The notes: generated by a model from the letters alone, not told the origin. Counted from the first letter of the stretch, positions 41,454 to 51,130 are shown. The stretch is 64,000 nucleotides of DNA from Candidatus Uhrbacteria bacterium (GCA_016844925.1 JAERTI010000036.1:79863-143862); one strand, 5' to 3'. Numbers and translations are program-made.

Positions 41454-42203
41454 ATGAAATTTCGATTTATTATCATGGCGGCCGGAAAGGGAACACGCAT
41501 GGGTGCGGATGTCCCTAAGGCGCTTGTGCCTGTTGCCGGCAAGCCAATCATCCAAAGGATTTACGAGTCAGTGGTGGGTTCTGGGGTAGATGGAAAACCA
41601 ATCATTGTTATTGGCCATGAAAGAACCCGAATTTGTGAGGGGTTTAAGGGAGAGTGTGATTACGTCATTCAGGAGGAGCAGCTTGGAACAGCTCATGCTG
41701 TAATGGTCTGCAAAGATGAGGTGAAAGATGCTGATGCGGTCATTGTTCTTAACGGAGATCATCCGTTGGTTTCACCAGGGACATTGCGTAAGCTTGCTGA
41801 GTTGCATGAACGTGTCGGCGGAGTCTTGTCGATGATGACGACGACTGTGCCATCTTTCGATGAATGGCCTATCTACTCACACTGGGGTCGTGTCATCCGC
41901 GATGCACATGGTCATATCATCGCCATCCGTGAGTTTAAGGATGCGATGGAATCGGAGCGTGAGGTTCAAGAAGTAAATCCTTCTTTTTTCTGCTTCGATG
42001 GAAAGTGGCTTTGGGAGAATATTGGTCAGGTGAAGAATTTTAACGCGAACAAAGAATACTACCTCACTGACCTCATCGAGCTGGCTGTGGCTCAAGGACA
42101 TGAAATTAATTCTATGAGCATTGCCCCTGAGGAAGCCGTTGGAATTAACACTCGTGCAGAGCTAGAGATTGCTGAGAAGATTTTAGAAAAGCAGAATGCC
42201 TAA
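41454..42203 (+). CDS. GlmU-like uridylyltransferase, N-terminal domain only
   Basis: AAGKGTRM...PK.L, QEEQLGTAHAV, N...EYYLTD, GINTR.EL; no hexapeptide repeats. Confidence 0.85.
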   Translation: MKFRFIIMAAGKGTRMGADVPKALVPVAGKPIIQRIYESVVGSGVDGKPIIVIGHERTRICEGFKGECDYVIQEEQLGTAHAVMVCKDEVKDADAVIVLNGDHPLVSPGTLRKLAELHERVGGVLSMMTTTVPSFDEWPIYSHWGRVIRDAHGHIIAIREFKDAMESEREVQEVNPSFFCFDGKWLWENIGQVKNFNANKEYYLTDLIELAVAQGHEINSMSIAPEEAVGINTRAELEIAEKILEKQNA

Positions 42204-42744
42204 GTTGATCATCATTGGTGGCTCGCTAGCTACAGGCAAGACTTCCCTTGCTCGTTTTCTCGAAGAACAAACAGGAATAAAACGTCTCTCAATGGATGAT
42301 TTGAAAGAGACGTTTTTTGATTTGGGTGGATACCGTGATAGGAGCTGGTCAAAACGGATCGGAGGTCTGGCTTGGCCGACATTCAAAGAGCTTGTTGATA
42401 TGCATTTAGAACGAGGAGATGATGTGATTGCTGAGGCAACGTTTCTTTGGCCAGATGATCATGAGTGGATTCAAGCCTTGAAAGATAGACATGATGCTGA
42501 CGTAAGGCAAATTTGGATGACGGCGGATCCTAAGGTAACAAGAGATCGATTTATTGCCCGAGCAAATTCTCAGGAACGACATCCTGGACATTGTGATGCG
42601 TTAGAGCATGTCCTTGAAGAATTTGAAAAGAGATTTTTTCATCGAAGGTTTGATCCAATGAAGATTGTGGGTAAAACAAAAGTCGTGGACACGACACGTT
42701 TCGGTGACGTTGACCACGACGATGTATTGCGGTTTATAGACTAG
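42196..42744 (+). CDS. P-loop kinase (AAA_33-like)
   Basis: GSLATGKTSLA, D.LKE, R...R....RHPGH. Confidence 0.8.
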   Translation: MPKLIIIGGSLATGKTSLARFLEEQTGIKRLSMDDLKETFFDLGGYRDRSWSKRIGGLAWPTFKELVDMHLERGDDVIAEATFLWPDDHEWIQALKDRHDADVRQIWMTADPKVTRDRFIARANSQERHPGHCDALEHVLEEFEKRFFHRRFDPMKIVGKTKVVDTTRFGDVDHDDVLRFID

Positions 42745-43070
42745 CGATCATTCCCCGAGCCGTGTAACACACCGCGTTCTTTACGTGAAGCTAGTTTTTC
42801 GATGTTTGCCTGAGCAATGTCATTAAGATTTAACTTCATTTCACTCGCTACACAGGCAACATACCAGAGGACATCACCAAGTTCTTTTTGAACTTCCTTC
42901 TGGAATGTCTCATCAACAACTCCATCGTTATCTCGCATTATTTTTTTGACCGTATTGGCGACTTCACCAGCTTCTCCAGCCAAGCCCAGAGCAGCGTAAT
43001 AGGGGTTGTTTCCTACGTTGGGGTACAATGCAGTGGTTGCTGCTTTTTCTTGATAGTCAGATAGATTCAT
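42741..43070 (-). CDS. MazG-like nucleotide pyrophosphohydrolase
   Basis: LGLAGEAGEV...KK..RD, ELGDVLWY, KL.SR..RG.L.GSG..R. Confidence 0.9.
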   Translation of the reverse strand: MNLSDYQEKAATTALYPNVGNNPYYAALGLAGEAGEVANTVKKIMRDNDGVVDETFQKEVQKELGDVLWYVACVASEMKLNLNDIAQANIEKLASRKERGVLHGSGNDR

Positions 43071-43090
43071 AGGTCCAAAGTTTAGCATAT

Positions 43091-44347
43091 ATGCGTTACA
43101 TCGTTGATTGGCACATTCACTCTAAATATTCACGCGCGTGCAGTAAGCAACTTGAACTTCCTGTTATTGATGAGTGGTGCGCGCGTAAGGGGATCGATAT
43201 CGTTGCCACAGGTGACTGGACACATCCAGAATGGTTCGCTCACATCAAAGAACATCTTGAAGAAAAGAGGCAGGGGATTTATCAGCTCAAGGGCGGTGGG
43301 AAGCGTGAGTTCATGCTCGTGCAGGAGTTCAGTCAGATTTATAAGAAGGGAGATAAGACACGTCGCGTACACAATCTTGTCTTTTCTCCATCGATTGAAA
43401 CGTGTGAGAAAGTTATCGCTGAACTGACTCGTAGGAATTTCAATCTCAAGGCGGATGGTCGTCCAATTCTTGGAATCGATTCTGAAGATTTGTATAAGCT
43501 CCTGAAAGAAATTGATGAAAAGATTATTATCATCCCTGCTCATGCTTGGACACCCTGGTACGCGATCTTCGGAAGCAAATCTGGATTCGATTCGATTGAA
43601 GAATGCTTCGGAGAGATGAGCCAGTATATTTACGCTATCGAGACAGGGCTTTCGTCTGATCCTTTGATGAACTGGCAACTATCTGGACTCGATGATGTGG
43701 TGTTGATTTCAAATTCCGATGCGCACTCCCCTCGAAACCTTGGGCGTGAGGCAAACGTGTTTGAGTTTGATGAGCCGCCAACATACGATGAGTTTGTGCG
43801 TGTACTGCGTGAAAAAGATCGGGAACGTTTTAAGTACACCATCGAGTTTTACCCTCAAGAGGGCAAGTATCATTTTGACGGTTGTTCTGGTTGTAAATTT
43901 TCCTGTGATCCCAAAGAGTCGAAACGTCATGGCGAGCGCTGTCCAACGTGTCACAAACCGCTCACCCTTGGAGTACATCATCGGGTAGAGGAGCTCTCTG
44001 ATCGTGATGCGCATACAGTTGCAAACAGAAAAATTCCATTCAAATCAATTGTGCCATTGGCGGAGATCATTGCAGAGGTTGTAGGTGTGAAGTCGACTCA
44101 GTCAAAAAAGGTGCTTGCCGAATATTTCAGGCTAACCGACGAACTTGCTGACGAGTTCACGCTCCTGCTCGATACTCCACTACAAGCTATTCAAGCTGCC
44201 TCCGCCTATCCAAACCTTGCCGAAGCTATTTCACGTATGCGAAAAGGTGAGATGAATATCCAGCCGGGTTATGATGGGATCTACGGCACGGTAAAGATTT
44301 TCGGCGAGAAAGGTCCACCAGCACCAAAGCAATCTAGCCTACTCTAA
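43091..44347 (+). CDS. Endonuclease Q family (PHP domain plus Zn ribbon)
   Basis: D.HIHSKYSRACS, PAH.WTP, ETGLSSDP, SNSDAHS, GKYH.DG, CP.C, PGYDG.YG. Confidence 0.9.
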   Translation: MRYIVDWHIHSKYSRACSKQLELPVIDEWCARKGIDIVATGDWTHPEWFAHIKEHLEEKRQGIYQLKGGGKREFMLVQEFSQIYKKGDKTRRVHNLVFSPSIETCEKVIAELTRRNFNLKADGRPILGIDSEDLYKLLKEIDEKIIIIPAHAWTPWYAIFGSKSGFDSIEECFGEMSQYIYAIETGLSSDPLMNWQLSGLDDVVLISNSDAHSPRNLGREANVFEFDEPPTYDEFVRVLREKDRERFKYTIEFYPQEGKYHFDGCSGCKFSCDPKESKRHGERCPTCHKPLTLGVHHRVEELSDRDAHTVANRKIPFKSIVPLAEIIAEVVGVKSTQSKKVLAEYFRLTDELADEFTLLLDTPLQAIQAASAYPNLAEAISRMRKGEMNIQPGYDGIYGTVKIFGEKGPPAPKQSSLL

Positions 44348-44349
44348 TC

Positions 44350-44384
44350 AAAAACACTCTCAGCGCGTCACTGAGAGTGTTTTT
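44350..44384. terminator. Bidirectional terminator
   Basis: AAAAACACTCTCAG-loop-CTGAGAGTGTTTTT. Confidence 0.8.
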
Positions 44385-44394
44385 ATATTTGCAC

Positions 44395-44838
44395 TTAGCG
44401 CTTGCGGCGCTTTGGAGCTGCCTTGCGTTTTGCAGGCTTTCGCTTCTTAGCGACGGTTTTCTTGCGCTTTGGAGCTGCCTTTTTCTTGGCAGGCTTCCTC
44501 TTAGCTGGCTTACGCTTTGCAGCTTTCTTTTTCGCTGGTTTACGCTTAGCCGGTTTCTTCTTGGCCGGCTTGCGCTTAGCAGCTGCTTTACGCTTTGCAG
44601 GCTTCTTTTTCGCTGGCTTACGCTTTGCAGCAGCCTTCTTCTTAGGTGCTGCTTTACGCTTCGCTGGCTTCTTCTTAGCAACCTTTTTCTTGGCTGCTGG
44701 TTTGCGCTTTGGAGCTGCCTTCTTTTTTGCTGGCTTACGCTTTGCTGCTGCTTTCTTCTTAGGAGCTGCCTTGCGCTTTGCAGGCTTCTTCTTTGCAGCA
44801 GGTTTACGCTTTGCCGGCTTCTTCTTTTTTGCTGGCAT
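44395..44838 (-). CDS. Histone H1-like Lys/Ala/Arg/Pro repeat protein
   Basis: Repeats of KKKPAKRK / AAPKKK; AGGAGGTGA SD; terminator right after the stop. Confidence 0.85.
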   Translation of the reverse strand: MPAKKKKPAKRKPAAKKKPAKRKAAPKKKAAAKRKPAKKKAAPKRKPAAKKKVAKKKPAKRKAAPKKKAAAKRKPAKKKPAKRKAAAKRKPAKKKPAKRKPAKKKAAKRKPAKRKPAKKKAAPKRKKTVAKKRKPAKRKAAPKRRKR

Positions 44839-45059
44839 AGTTCCGAATCACCTCCTCTGTGCCACCGACATGTCGATGACCAAGTCAGAACCATTGGTTC
44901 CTCCGAGGATAGATTAATTAAATAACTTGCTCGATCGAGCTCTGCACGTAAACGTGCAGAAGAGTTTCGTGTGTTACATGACGCGCTGCAACAAACGATG
45001 ATTACATTGTAAAAAAATATTCTCGTTGCAACAAGAATATTTTCACAAATTTTTTTCTC

Positions 45060-46370
45060 TTACGATTGTTTTTCGTGCACCTGAACTTCTATTCCTTCCT
45101 CTGACCATTCGTAAACCCACATCATGTCTTCAAGAGAAACGTTCACACAGCCATGCGACATCTTGTGTCCGAAGTTGTTGTGCCACGGTGCGTAGTGAAT
45201 ATAGATGTGCGGATAGAAGCGGATGTTGTATGGAATCCAGCCAAGGTCATAATTTCTTGCATCACCTTCTCCGTAATTCCAGGCGTAATGCACAACTGGA
45301 ACTTTGGCTAAAATTACATGATTTCCAAGGGGTGTTGCATTGTTTAGCCCACTTGAAATAAGGAAGCTGTTGTCGAGGATGCCACCGTCGGATGCATAGA
45401 GACGTTGTTCTAACGTGTCTACTTCGATGCGTTTGTTTTCTTCTGGAACAAAGATGAGTCGTCCTGATGTAATAAGAAGTTGTTCTTCGTCCGAGGCAAC
45501 AGTGACACTCCCATGAACAGAAAAAAAAGTTTCTGACGTTTCGTCATTGGTGTAAACCAAACTGTTCGTTGCTGTGGATAAAATTATTTCTTCCGCGTGT
45601 GCAACAAGGGAAGTTATACCAAGTGCATCAACAAAACGTGTTTGTTCGTTTGTTGTCGTGACACTGTTTGAAAAAGAAAATGTTTTTATTGTAGGTTCGT
45701 TGGTGTGTTGTTGCGCAACGATAAGCTCTCCGTTGTGCACGTCTCCAACAAGACCAGAGCGGTCGCTCGCGTGAAAGGCAAAAAAGTTTTCTGCGAGTCG
45801 TGCTTGGCCATCCCATGACCACACGCGCACATGCGGACCGCCACTGGCAGCGGGAAGAGTGACAAGTTCATCGCGGGTATCATCGATGAGATCGCCACAG
45901 GCAAGATTGATTCCTCCACGGAACGATTCGTCGTAAGCAAAGAAACCTCCATCGTCGATTGATTCACCGTAGCGGTCAAAGATACGTACATGGGGACCAC
46001 CGCCTCTTGCTGGTGCTACAACAATTTCATTATAGCCATCACCAGTTAGGTCACACGCAGCGACGTTCACACCCACGCCCAGTGAAGGGGCGTAAGCGAG
46101 AAAGCTCCCAACCTCGCTACCATCTTGTCGCAGAACGCGTACTCGAGGCTCAGAACCTAATCCACTTCCAATGATGATTTCAGAAACACCATCATCTCCG
46201 AGGTCAGCAAAAGCGATGGAAGCGCCACCCACTGTATCGCCTACAGAGAGTTCGAAATCAATCGAATGGTCCGTGGATTGCACGCGGATGGATTCCTGGT
46301 GAGAGGCTTGTGCCGGAGCCTGTGACAAGAGTAGCCCTAGTGGAACAATCAAGAGAAGCAAGTGTTTCAT
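45060..46370 (-). CDS. L,D-transpeptidase (YkuD) with FG-GAP-like repeats
   Basis: DL.GDG..EI, GGPHVR repeats; IH.A.WHNNFG..MSHGCVN. Confidence 0.9.
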   Translation of the reverse strand: MKHLLLLIVPLGLLLSQAPAQASHQESIRVQSTDHSIDFELSVGDTVGGASIAFADLGDDGVSEIIIGSGLGSEPRVRVLRQDGSEVGSFLAYAPSLGVGVNVAACDLTGDGYNEIVVAPARGGGPHVRIFDRYGESIDDGGFFAYDESFRGGINLACGDLIDDTRDELVTLPAASGGPHVRVWSWDGQARLAENFFAFHASDRSGLVGDVHNGELIVAQQHTNEPTIKTFSFSNSVTTTNEQTRFVDALGITSLVAHAEEIILSTATNSLVYTNDETSETFFSVHGSVTVASDEEQLLITSGRLIFVPEENKRIEVDTLEQRLYASDGGILDNSFLISSGLNNATPLGNHVILAKVPVVHYAWNYGEGDARNYDLGWIPYNIRFYPHIYIHYAPWHNNFGHKMSHGCVNVSLEDMMWVYEWSEEGIEVQVHEKQS

Positions 46371-46402
46371 ACGGACTTATGATAACAAAAAACCACCCCT
46401 AA

Positions 46403-46479
46403 TGGTGGACCTGGAGGGACTCGAACCCTCGACCCCCTGCTTGCAAAGCAGGTGCTCTAGCCAACTGAGCTACAGGCCC
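46403..46479 (-). tRNA. tRNA-Ala(TGC)
   Basis: GGGCCTGTAGCTCAG...TT-TGC-AA...CCA, G3-U70 pair. Confidence 0.96.
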
Positions 46480-46581
46480 CTCATTGGGGGTGGTTTTGTT
46501 TTGCGGCAGAATAATAACAATCCTTGGAAAATGTGTCAATGAATTTATCCCCCATATCAGGGTCCTTTTGGGGCTTAATCA

Positions 46582-46610
46582 TTGACAAAAGCCGTTTTTT
46601 AGCGTATCTT
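46582..46610 (+). promoter_or_regulatory. Sigma70 promoter of GC-rich islet
   Basis: TTGACA-17 nt-TATCTT; shares AATCATTGACAAAA with the promoter at 13474. Confidence 0.65.
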
Positions 46611-46656
46611 CCATTGGTTCTGCGTGCACTGATGCACCAGACAAGGAGACCTTCTC

Positions 46657-48105
46657 ATGCGCGTTTTCTCTCGCTGGATGATGCTGATGCTGTGCGCGCT
46701 GCCTCTCCTGGTGGCTGCCTGTGATCAAAACTCGATCGAGGTCGAGGGCGGTGACTCCGATGCCACGGGTGAGTCCCCAGAGCCGGCCCCTCCGCCGCTC
46801 GTGCCCCTGGAGCCTCCCGTCGTCACGACGGTCATGATCGGTGATCACGAGGCCTGGGTACCACCAGGGCCTCCGCGACTCTCCGACGTGCCCGAGAACC
46901 TGCTCGACTACATCGAGCGGGGCAAGCGGCTCATGGAGGGGGCGCGGTTCAAGAAGATGAGCTGCGTTCCCGAGCGCAAGCCGGACCTCACCTGGAAGCG
47001 TTGCCTCGGCGACGACTACCTGCTGGCGGCTGTCAGTCCTGATGGCAAGCTGGAGAAGATCGAGGTCTATGGGGGTGTCGCGAACTCTCCCGACAACTTC
47101 CGTGTTCGCTGTGAGCGCGAAGGAGCCTGCGAGGGTGGGGTGAACCCGCCGTTCATCGTGAGCTCCCCGCCGGGCTGGACCGTGGTCGCGGTGCGCAAGG
47201 CTGTCCCGGACAAGGAGGGCACTGAGGGCATCTCAGGCAAGGTGTACGTCCCGTACTCCACCCGGCTCAACACGCCGGAGTTGCGTCAGGCGGGGCTCGA
47301 GTACCTGCACCTAGTCACCGAGTCGGTCCGCTACGACCTGCTCGCCAAGGATGTGCGCTCCGGCCGCATTCACGGCAAGCACGTGCTCGAGACCGTGACG
47401 ATGCGCCATGCGGTCGTTCTCAGTCTCACTGAGCAGGTGTACTCCCCGGAGCTTTTCACCACCGGTGAGGAGATCGATCGGCTCGAGATGCTCAACCGCA
47501 TTCTCGTGCTCTACGCGATCAACCGCGAGGAGGCGTTCCGTTACGTCATGTCCAACATGGACGCGCGCGGAGCGTGGCAGATCATCCCCAAGAGCTGGGA
47601 TACGCTGCACGAGACCTACCCGGACGCGCAGCTTCCCGAGGACTTCGTCTACGGATCAACCAACCACCCTGTGTCCCTCAAGGCCGCCATCCTTCACACG
47701 GATGACCAGTGGTGGGGGCTCAAGCGTAAGGGCTGTGAAGATGGCCACATCGCTGAGTTCTCGGATCTCTCCGGCGATTGGGGTCCGTTGTTCGCAGCGG
47801 GCTACAACGGGTCGATGGCACGTGCCGACGCCGTCTACCACGCCTGTGGTGAGAACTGGCGCGATGGCGACTGCTGCAAGCAGATCGAGGATCCCGCCAA
47901 GCGGCTCGCTTGTCGGCCGCTGCGTGGCGAGACGCAGATGTACCTTCCCAAGTACGAGTGGATCGACCACCTGCTGTTCGACCAAGAGCAGCGCATTCGG
48001 GTCGAGGGGGTCACCTGGCCCCTCCTGCGAGAGCAGGCCCTTGCCTACGAGACGGCGCGCCAGCAGCGCCTTCAGGAAGAACGGTCAGTGGCTACCACGC
48101 AGTAG
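46657..48105 (+). CDS. GC-rich lipoprotein with lytic-transglycosylase (SLT)-like motifs
   Basis: Lipobox VAA-C; SNMDARGAWQII and AAGYNG resemble SLT motifs; AAGGAG SD. Confidence 0.7.
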   Translation: MRVFSRWMMLMLCALPLLVAACDQNSIEVEGGDSDATGESPEPAPPPLVPLEPPVVTTVMIGDHEAWVPPGPPRLSDVPENLLDYIERGKRLMEGARFKKMSCVPERKPDLTWKRCLGDDYLLAAVSPDGKLEKIEVYGGVANSPDNFRVRCEREGACEGGVNPPFIVSSPPGWTVVAVRKAVPDKEGTEGISGKVYVPYSTRLNTPELRQAGLEYLHLVTESVRYDLLAKDVRSGRIHGKHVLETVTMRHAVVLSLTEQVYSPELFTTGEEIDRLEMLNRILVLYAINREEAFRYVMSNMDARGAWQIIPKSWDTLHETYPDAQLPEDFVYGSTNHPVSLKAAILHTDDQWWGLKRKGCEDGHIAEFSDLSGDWGPLFAAGYNGSMARADAVYHACGENWRDGDCCKQIEDPAKRLACRPLRGETQMYLPKYEWIDHLLFDQEQRIRVEGVTWPLLREQALAYETARQQRLQEERSVATTQ

Positions 48106-48194
48106 CTATCTGGCACGGAGCGACGGACACACCATCCGCTCGCTCCTTTTCATTTTCAAACAAAAACACTCGCCCAGTGCGAGTGTTTACTTGT

Positions 48195-48983
48195 TTAGAA
48201 GTTCGCTTCGCATTCAGTGACTTCCTCCATTGCCTGCTGCCGAAGTGTCTCAGGGAGCGGGAATGGTGCAAGGCTTCCGTATGGATCGTTTAGGTCCATG
48301 ACGAGAAGTTCGGTTGGTCCATCTTCCGCCGCAAGCCAGATGTTGCTGCAGGGGCCAGGGGAGTTATCAAGAAAGTCTTTGAGTAGGATGAGTGATTCTC
48401 CCGCGCGTCCGACAACGCGTAGCATGCTCACAGGAGAGTCTTCCTCAGCCTCGAATGTTTGCTTGTAGACACGCTGCCAGCGGTTGGTGATGGTGTTGTA
48501 GTGGTAGACCCCAGAGAAGAGCTCACCTGTGTCTTGATTGTAATCTGACGTGGCGAAGTACACCATGTTTTCTTCTTCAGCATCCACGACACCAAAGACC
48601 AATGTCTCCGCACCTTCACCTGAAACAGGCTTGCCTTGCGTAGAGTTGATGACAGTGGTTGCCTCACTTAGATCGTCGAACTCGCTTAGATCAACGAACG
48701 TAACAAAATCTGTCAGGTCAATCTTCTGCTCCTCCCCCGTCTCCTCATCGATCGTCACAATCACGTCCTCGACGGGGTCTGCGACCGTCACGTTACTGTC
48801 AGTCTCTGGTGCTGGTGCGGTGTCTCGCACTACGTTGGCAATCAGGACGGCGCCAACAATTAAAACAACCGCAATCACATAGGTGCCCACTGGACGTTTG
48901 GGGGCAGGGCTTTGTGATGACGGCTGCGGTGATGATGTCTCAGCGGCTCCTCCTTGCGGCTGTGTATTCTCAGTATCATTCAT
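48195..48983 (-). CDS. Membrane-anchored acidic hypothetical protein
   Basis: Single TM, C-terminal DNSPGPC..W segment. Confidence 0.7.
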   Translation of the reverse strand: MNDTENTQPQGGAAETSSPQPSSQSPAPKRPVGTYVIAVVLIVGAVLIANVVRDTAPAPETDSNVTVADPVEDVIVTIDEETGEEQKIDLTDFVTFVDLSEFDDLSEATTVINSTQGKPVSGEGAETLVFGVVDAEEENMVYFATSDYNQDTGELFSGVYHYNTITNRWQRVYKQTFEAEEDSPVSMLRVVGRAGESLILLKDFLDNSPGPCSNIWLAAEDGPTELLVMDLNDPYGSLAPFPLPETLRQQAMEEVTECEANF

Positions 48984-48987
48984 ACGC

Positions 48988-49977
48988 TTAGGTTACTTTA
49001 TTCGGCGGTATTTTCCCTCGGATAAACGCGAGGATATTTTGCGCCGCGACACGGCTCATGACCTGTCTGGTCTCTAGCGTGGCAGAGGCTGTATGAGGTG
49101 TCAAGACGACATTTGGAAGGGTGCGTAGTTCAAGGTTATCGCTTGGATCACAGTCAATCAGTGGCTCGCACTCATACACATCCAGTCCTGCTCCAGCTAT
49201 TTCACCCTTCATGAGAGCTCGGGTCAACGCCTTCTCATCAATCACAGGTCCACGCGCAGTATTTACAAGATACGCGGTCTTTTTCATGAGCTTGAGTTCC
49301 TTGGTGGAGATAAGATGTCGCGTCGATGGCAGCAAGGGGACGTGGAGTGAGACAAAGTCCGACTGCTTGAGGAGCTGCGTCATAGATCGGTACTTCGCTC
49401 CGGTTTCTTTTTCCAGTTGCGGGTTGCGTTTGATGTCGTGGTACAGAACATTCATGTTGAACCCGTCATGGAGGCGATGTACGACGCCCGATCCGATTCG
49501 ACCTGTTCCCACGATGCCGACCGTCTTTCCCCAAAGATCCGTTCCCAACAAGAGTTGCGGTCCCCATGCCTTGTATTTACCGGCGCGCGTGAACTTGTCT
49601 GTTTCGACGATGCGTTTAGCGAGTGTAAACATGAGAGCGATCGTATGCTCTGCGACCGATTCGCTGATCTGCTCGTTAGGCGCGTTGGTGACCGTAATGC
49701 CACGAAGCTTCGCGGCTTCGAGATCGACGTTATTAAACCCCACGGCGTAGTTGGCGATCATCTTGAGCTGAGGACCGGCGGCGTCCATGATCTCTGCGTC
49801 CATTTGCTCTGTCAGAATCGAAAGGATGATGTCTGCGCCTTTTACGCGACGCTTAAGAACACCCCGAGGGATTTTTTTGTCCTGCTCGTACACTTCAAGC
49901 TTCACGTTCGATGCTTTCTTAAGCAGTTTGATCCCCTCATCAGGAATCTCTCTTGTGACGAATACTTTGTACTTCAT
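48988..49977 (-). CDS. D-2-hydroxyacid dehydrogenase (glyoxylate/D-glycerate type)
   Basis: G.GRIG, SLHVPL...T..LI, NTARG.V.DE, LDVYE.EP, TPH.ASAT. Confidence 0.93.
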   Translation of the reverse strand: MKYKVFVTREIPDEGIKLLKKASNVKLEVYEQDKKIPRGVLKRRVKGADIILSILTEQMDAEIMDAAGPQLKMIANYAVGFNNVDLEAAKLRGITVTNAPNEQISESVAEHTIALMFTLAKRIVETDKFTRAGKYKAWGPQLLLGTDLWGKTVGIVGTGRIGSGVVHRLHDGFNMNVLYHDIKRNPQLEKETGAKYRSMTQLLKQSDFVSLHVPLLPSTRHLISTKELKLMKKTAYLVNTARGPVIDEKALTRALMKGEIAGAGLDVYECEPLIDCDPSDNLELRTLPNVVLTPHTASATLETRQVMSRVAAQNILAFIRGKIPPNKVT

Positions 49978-50945
49978 ACCTCCTTAAGACTAATTTCTTT
50001 CTTTTTTGCCGCGCTAGGCCAGCGTGTAAGCAATCCGTTCTTTGCTCCGTGTTTTTGAATCACATTCTCAGCGTTCAGTGTCGCAATCTGCAGCGCCTGA
50101 CCAAGATCACCTGTTTTCATAATCCCCGCTAGGAATCCTGATCCGAACGCATCTCCAGCACCTGTGCGTGAGATGGCTTCGGCTTCTGTGGTGCCAGCAA
50201 ATACGGTTCTACCGTCTTGATGTGCGTACGAACCCGCGACACCGTCTGTAATGAGTCGAATTGTTCCGTCTGCATGAAGCGCTTTGCACGCCTGGGCCAC
50301 GTCTTGCTTACCTGTCAGCATCTCAGCCTCTTCTCGGTTCATGTTGAGCACGTCGATCATCGGCAGGAGCGCCTTCATTTTTTTCATACCCTGCTTAAGT
50401 TCACGGCTTCCCGGGTTCCACATCACCTTCGCTCCAGCTTTGTGCGCCGCGCGGATAATTCGCGATGACAGCGCCATGTTGCCACCAAGACTGGTGAGAT
50501 ACACCCACTTAGTGCGTCCAAGGGCCTTTAAGTCGATATCTGACGGTGTGAACTTCGCACTCACTCCTCGATACACGAGAACAGTTCGCTCACCATCCTT
50601 CATCGTCAGTAGCGTCGAGTACCCCGTCTCACCTCCCTTCACTTTTTTTACCAGCCGTGTGGAGACCCCAAACCGTTTCAGGTCATCGATCACATCTCGG
50701 CCAGGGGAATCGTCACCAACCTTTGTAATTGTGGACGTTTTGAATCCAAGCGATCCGAATGTTGCGGCGGCATTGGTTGCCCCTCCGCCGGTGGTGAGAA
50801 CAACTTGGTCGAGCTCAATCTTTGATCCCAGCGCGACACATTCAGCAACACCCGTTGGAAATTGGTCAGACTTTAGGGCCACGAAGGCGTCTGAGACGAG
50901 GAAGACATCTCGTACCCCTGCACCGATAGTAATTACATCGTACAT
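49974..50945 (-). CDS. PfkB family carbohydrate kinase
   Basis: GGGATNAA, NPG, N..EA, RTGAGDAFGSGF. Confidence 0.92.
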   Translation of the reverse strand: MYDVITIGAGVRDVFLVSDAFVALKSDQFPTGVAECVALGSKIELDQVVLTTGGGATNAAATFGSLGFKTSTITKVGDDSPGRDVIDDLKRFGVSTRLVKKVKGGETGYSTLLTMKDGERTVLVYRGVSAKFTPSDIDLKALGRTKWVYLTSLGGNMALSSRIIRAAHKAGAKVMWNPGSRELKQGMKKMKALLPMIDVLNMNREEAEMLTGKQDVAQACKALHADGTIRLITDGVAGSYAHQDGRTVFAGTTEAEAISRTGAGDAFGSGFLAGIMKTGDLGQALQIATLNAENVIQKHGAKNGLLTRWPSAAKKKEISLKEV

Positions 50946-51130
50946 ATGAAGGTATTGTACGGGACCGTTGACTTTTTGACCAAAATAGACTAGTTTGTGG
51001 TGTCGTTTGTAAGGCGGGAGTTAACCTGTCTTTTGAGCACAACCGTGCACGCGGAATCGTGCATTCTGTCTGAGGTGTATCGAAGCGGTGGTGCAAGCTG
51101 CTGTGAGACTACCGAAGGATGGAGGAAAGG

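Noticed and set aside
44334-44925. Alternative-frame ORFs and repeat-array look around the H1-like gene
   Set aside because: Low-complexity coding repeats without constant repeat/unique spacer structure, so not CRISPR. Only 44395..44838 has an SD.
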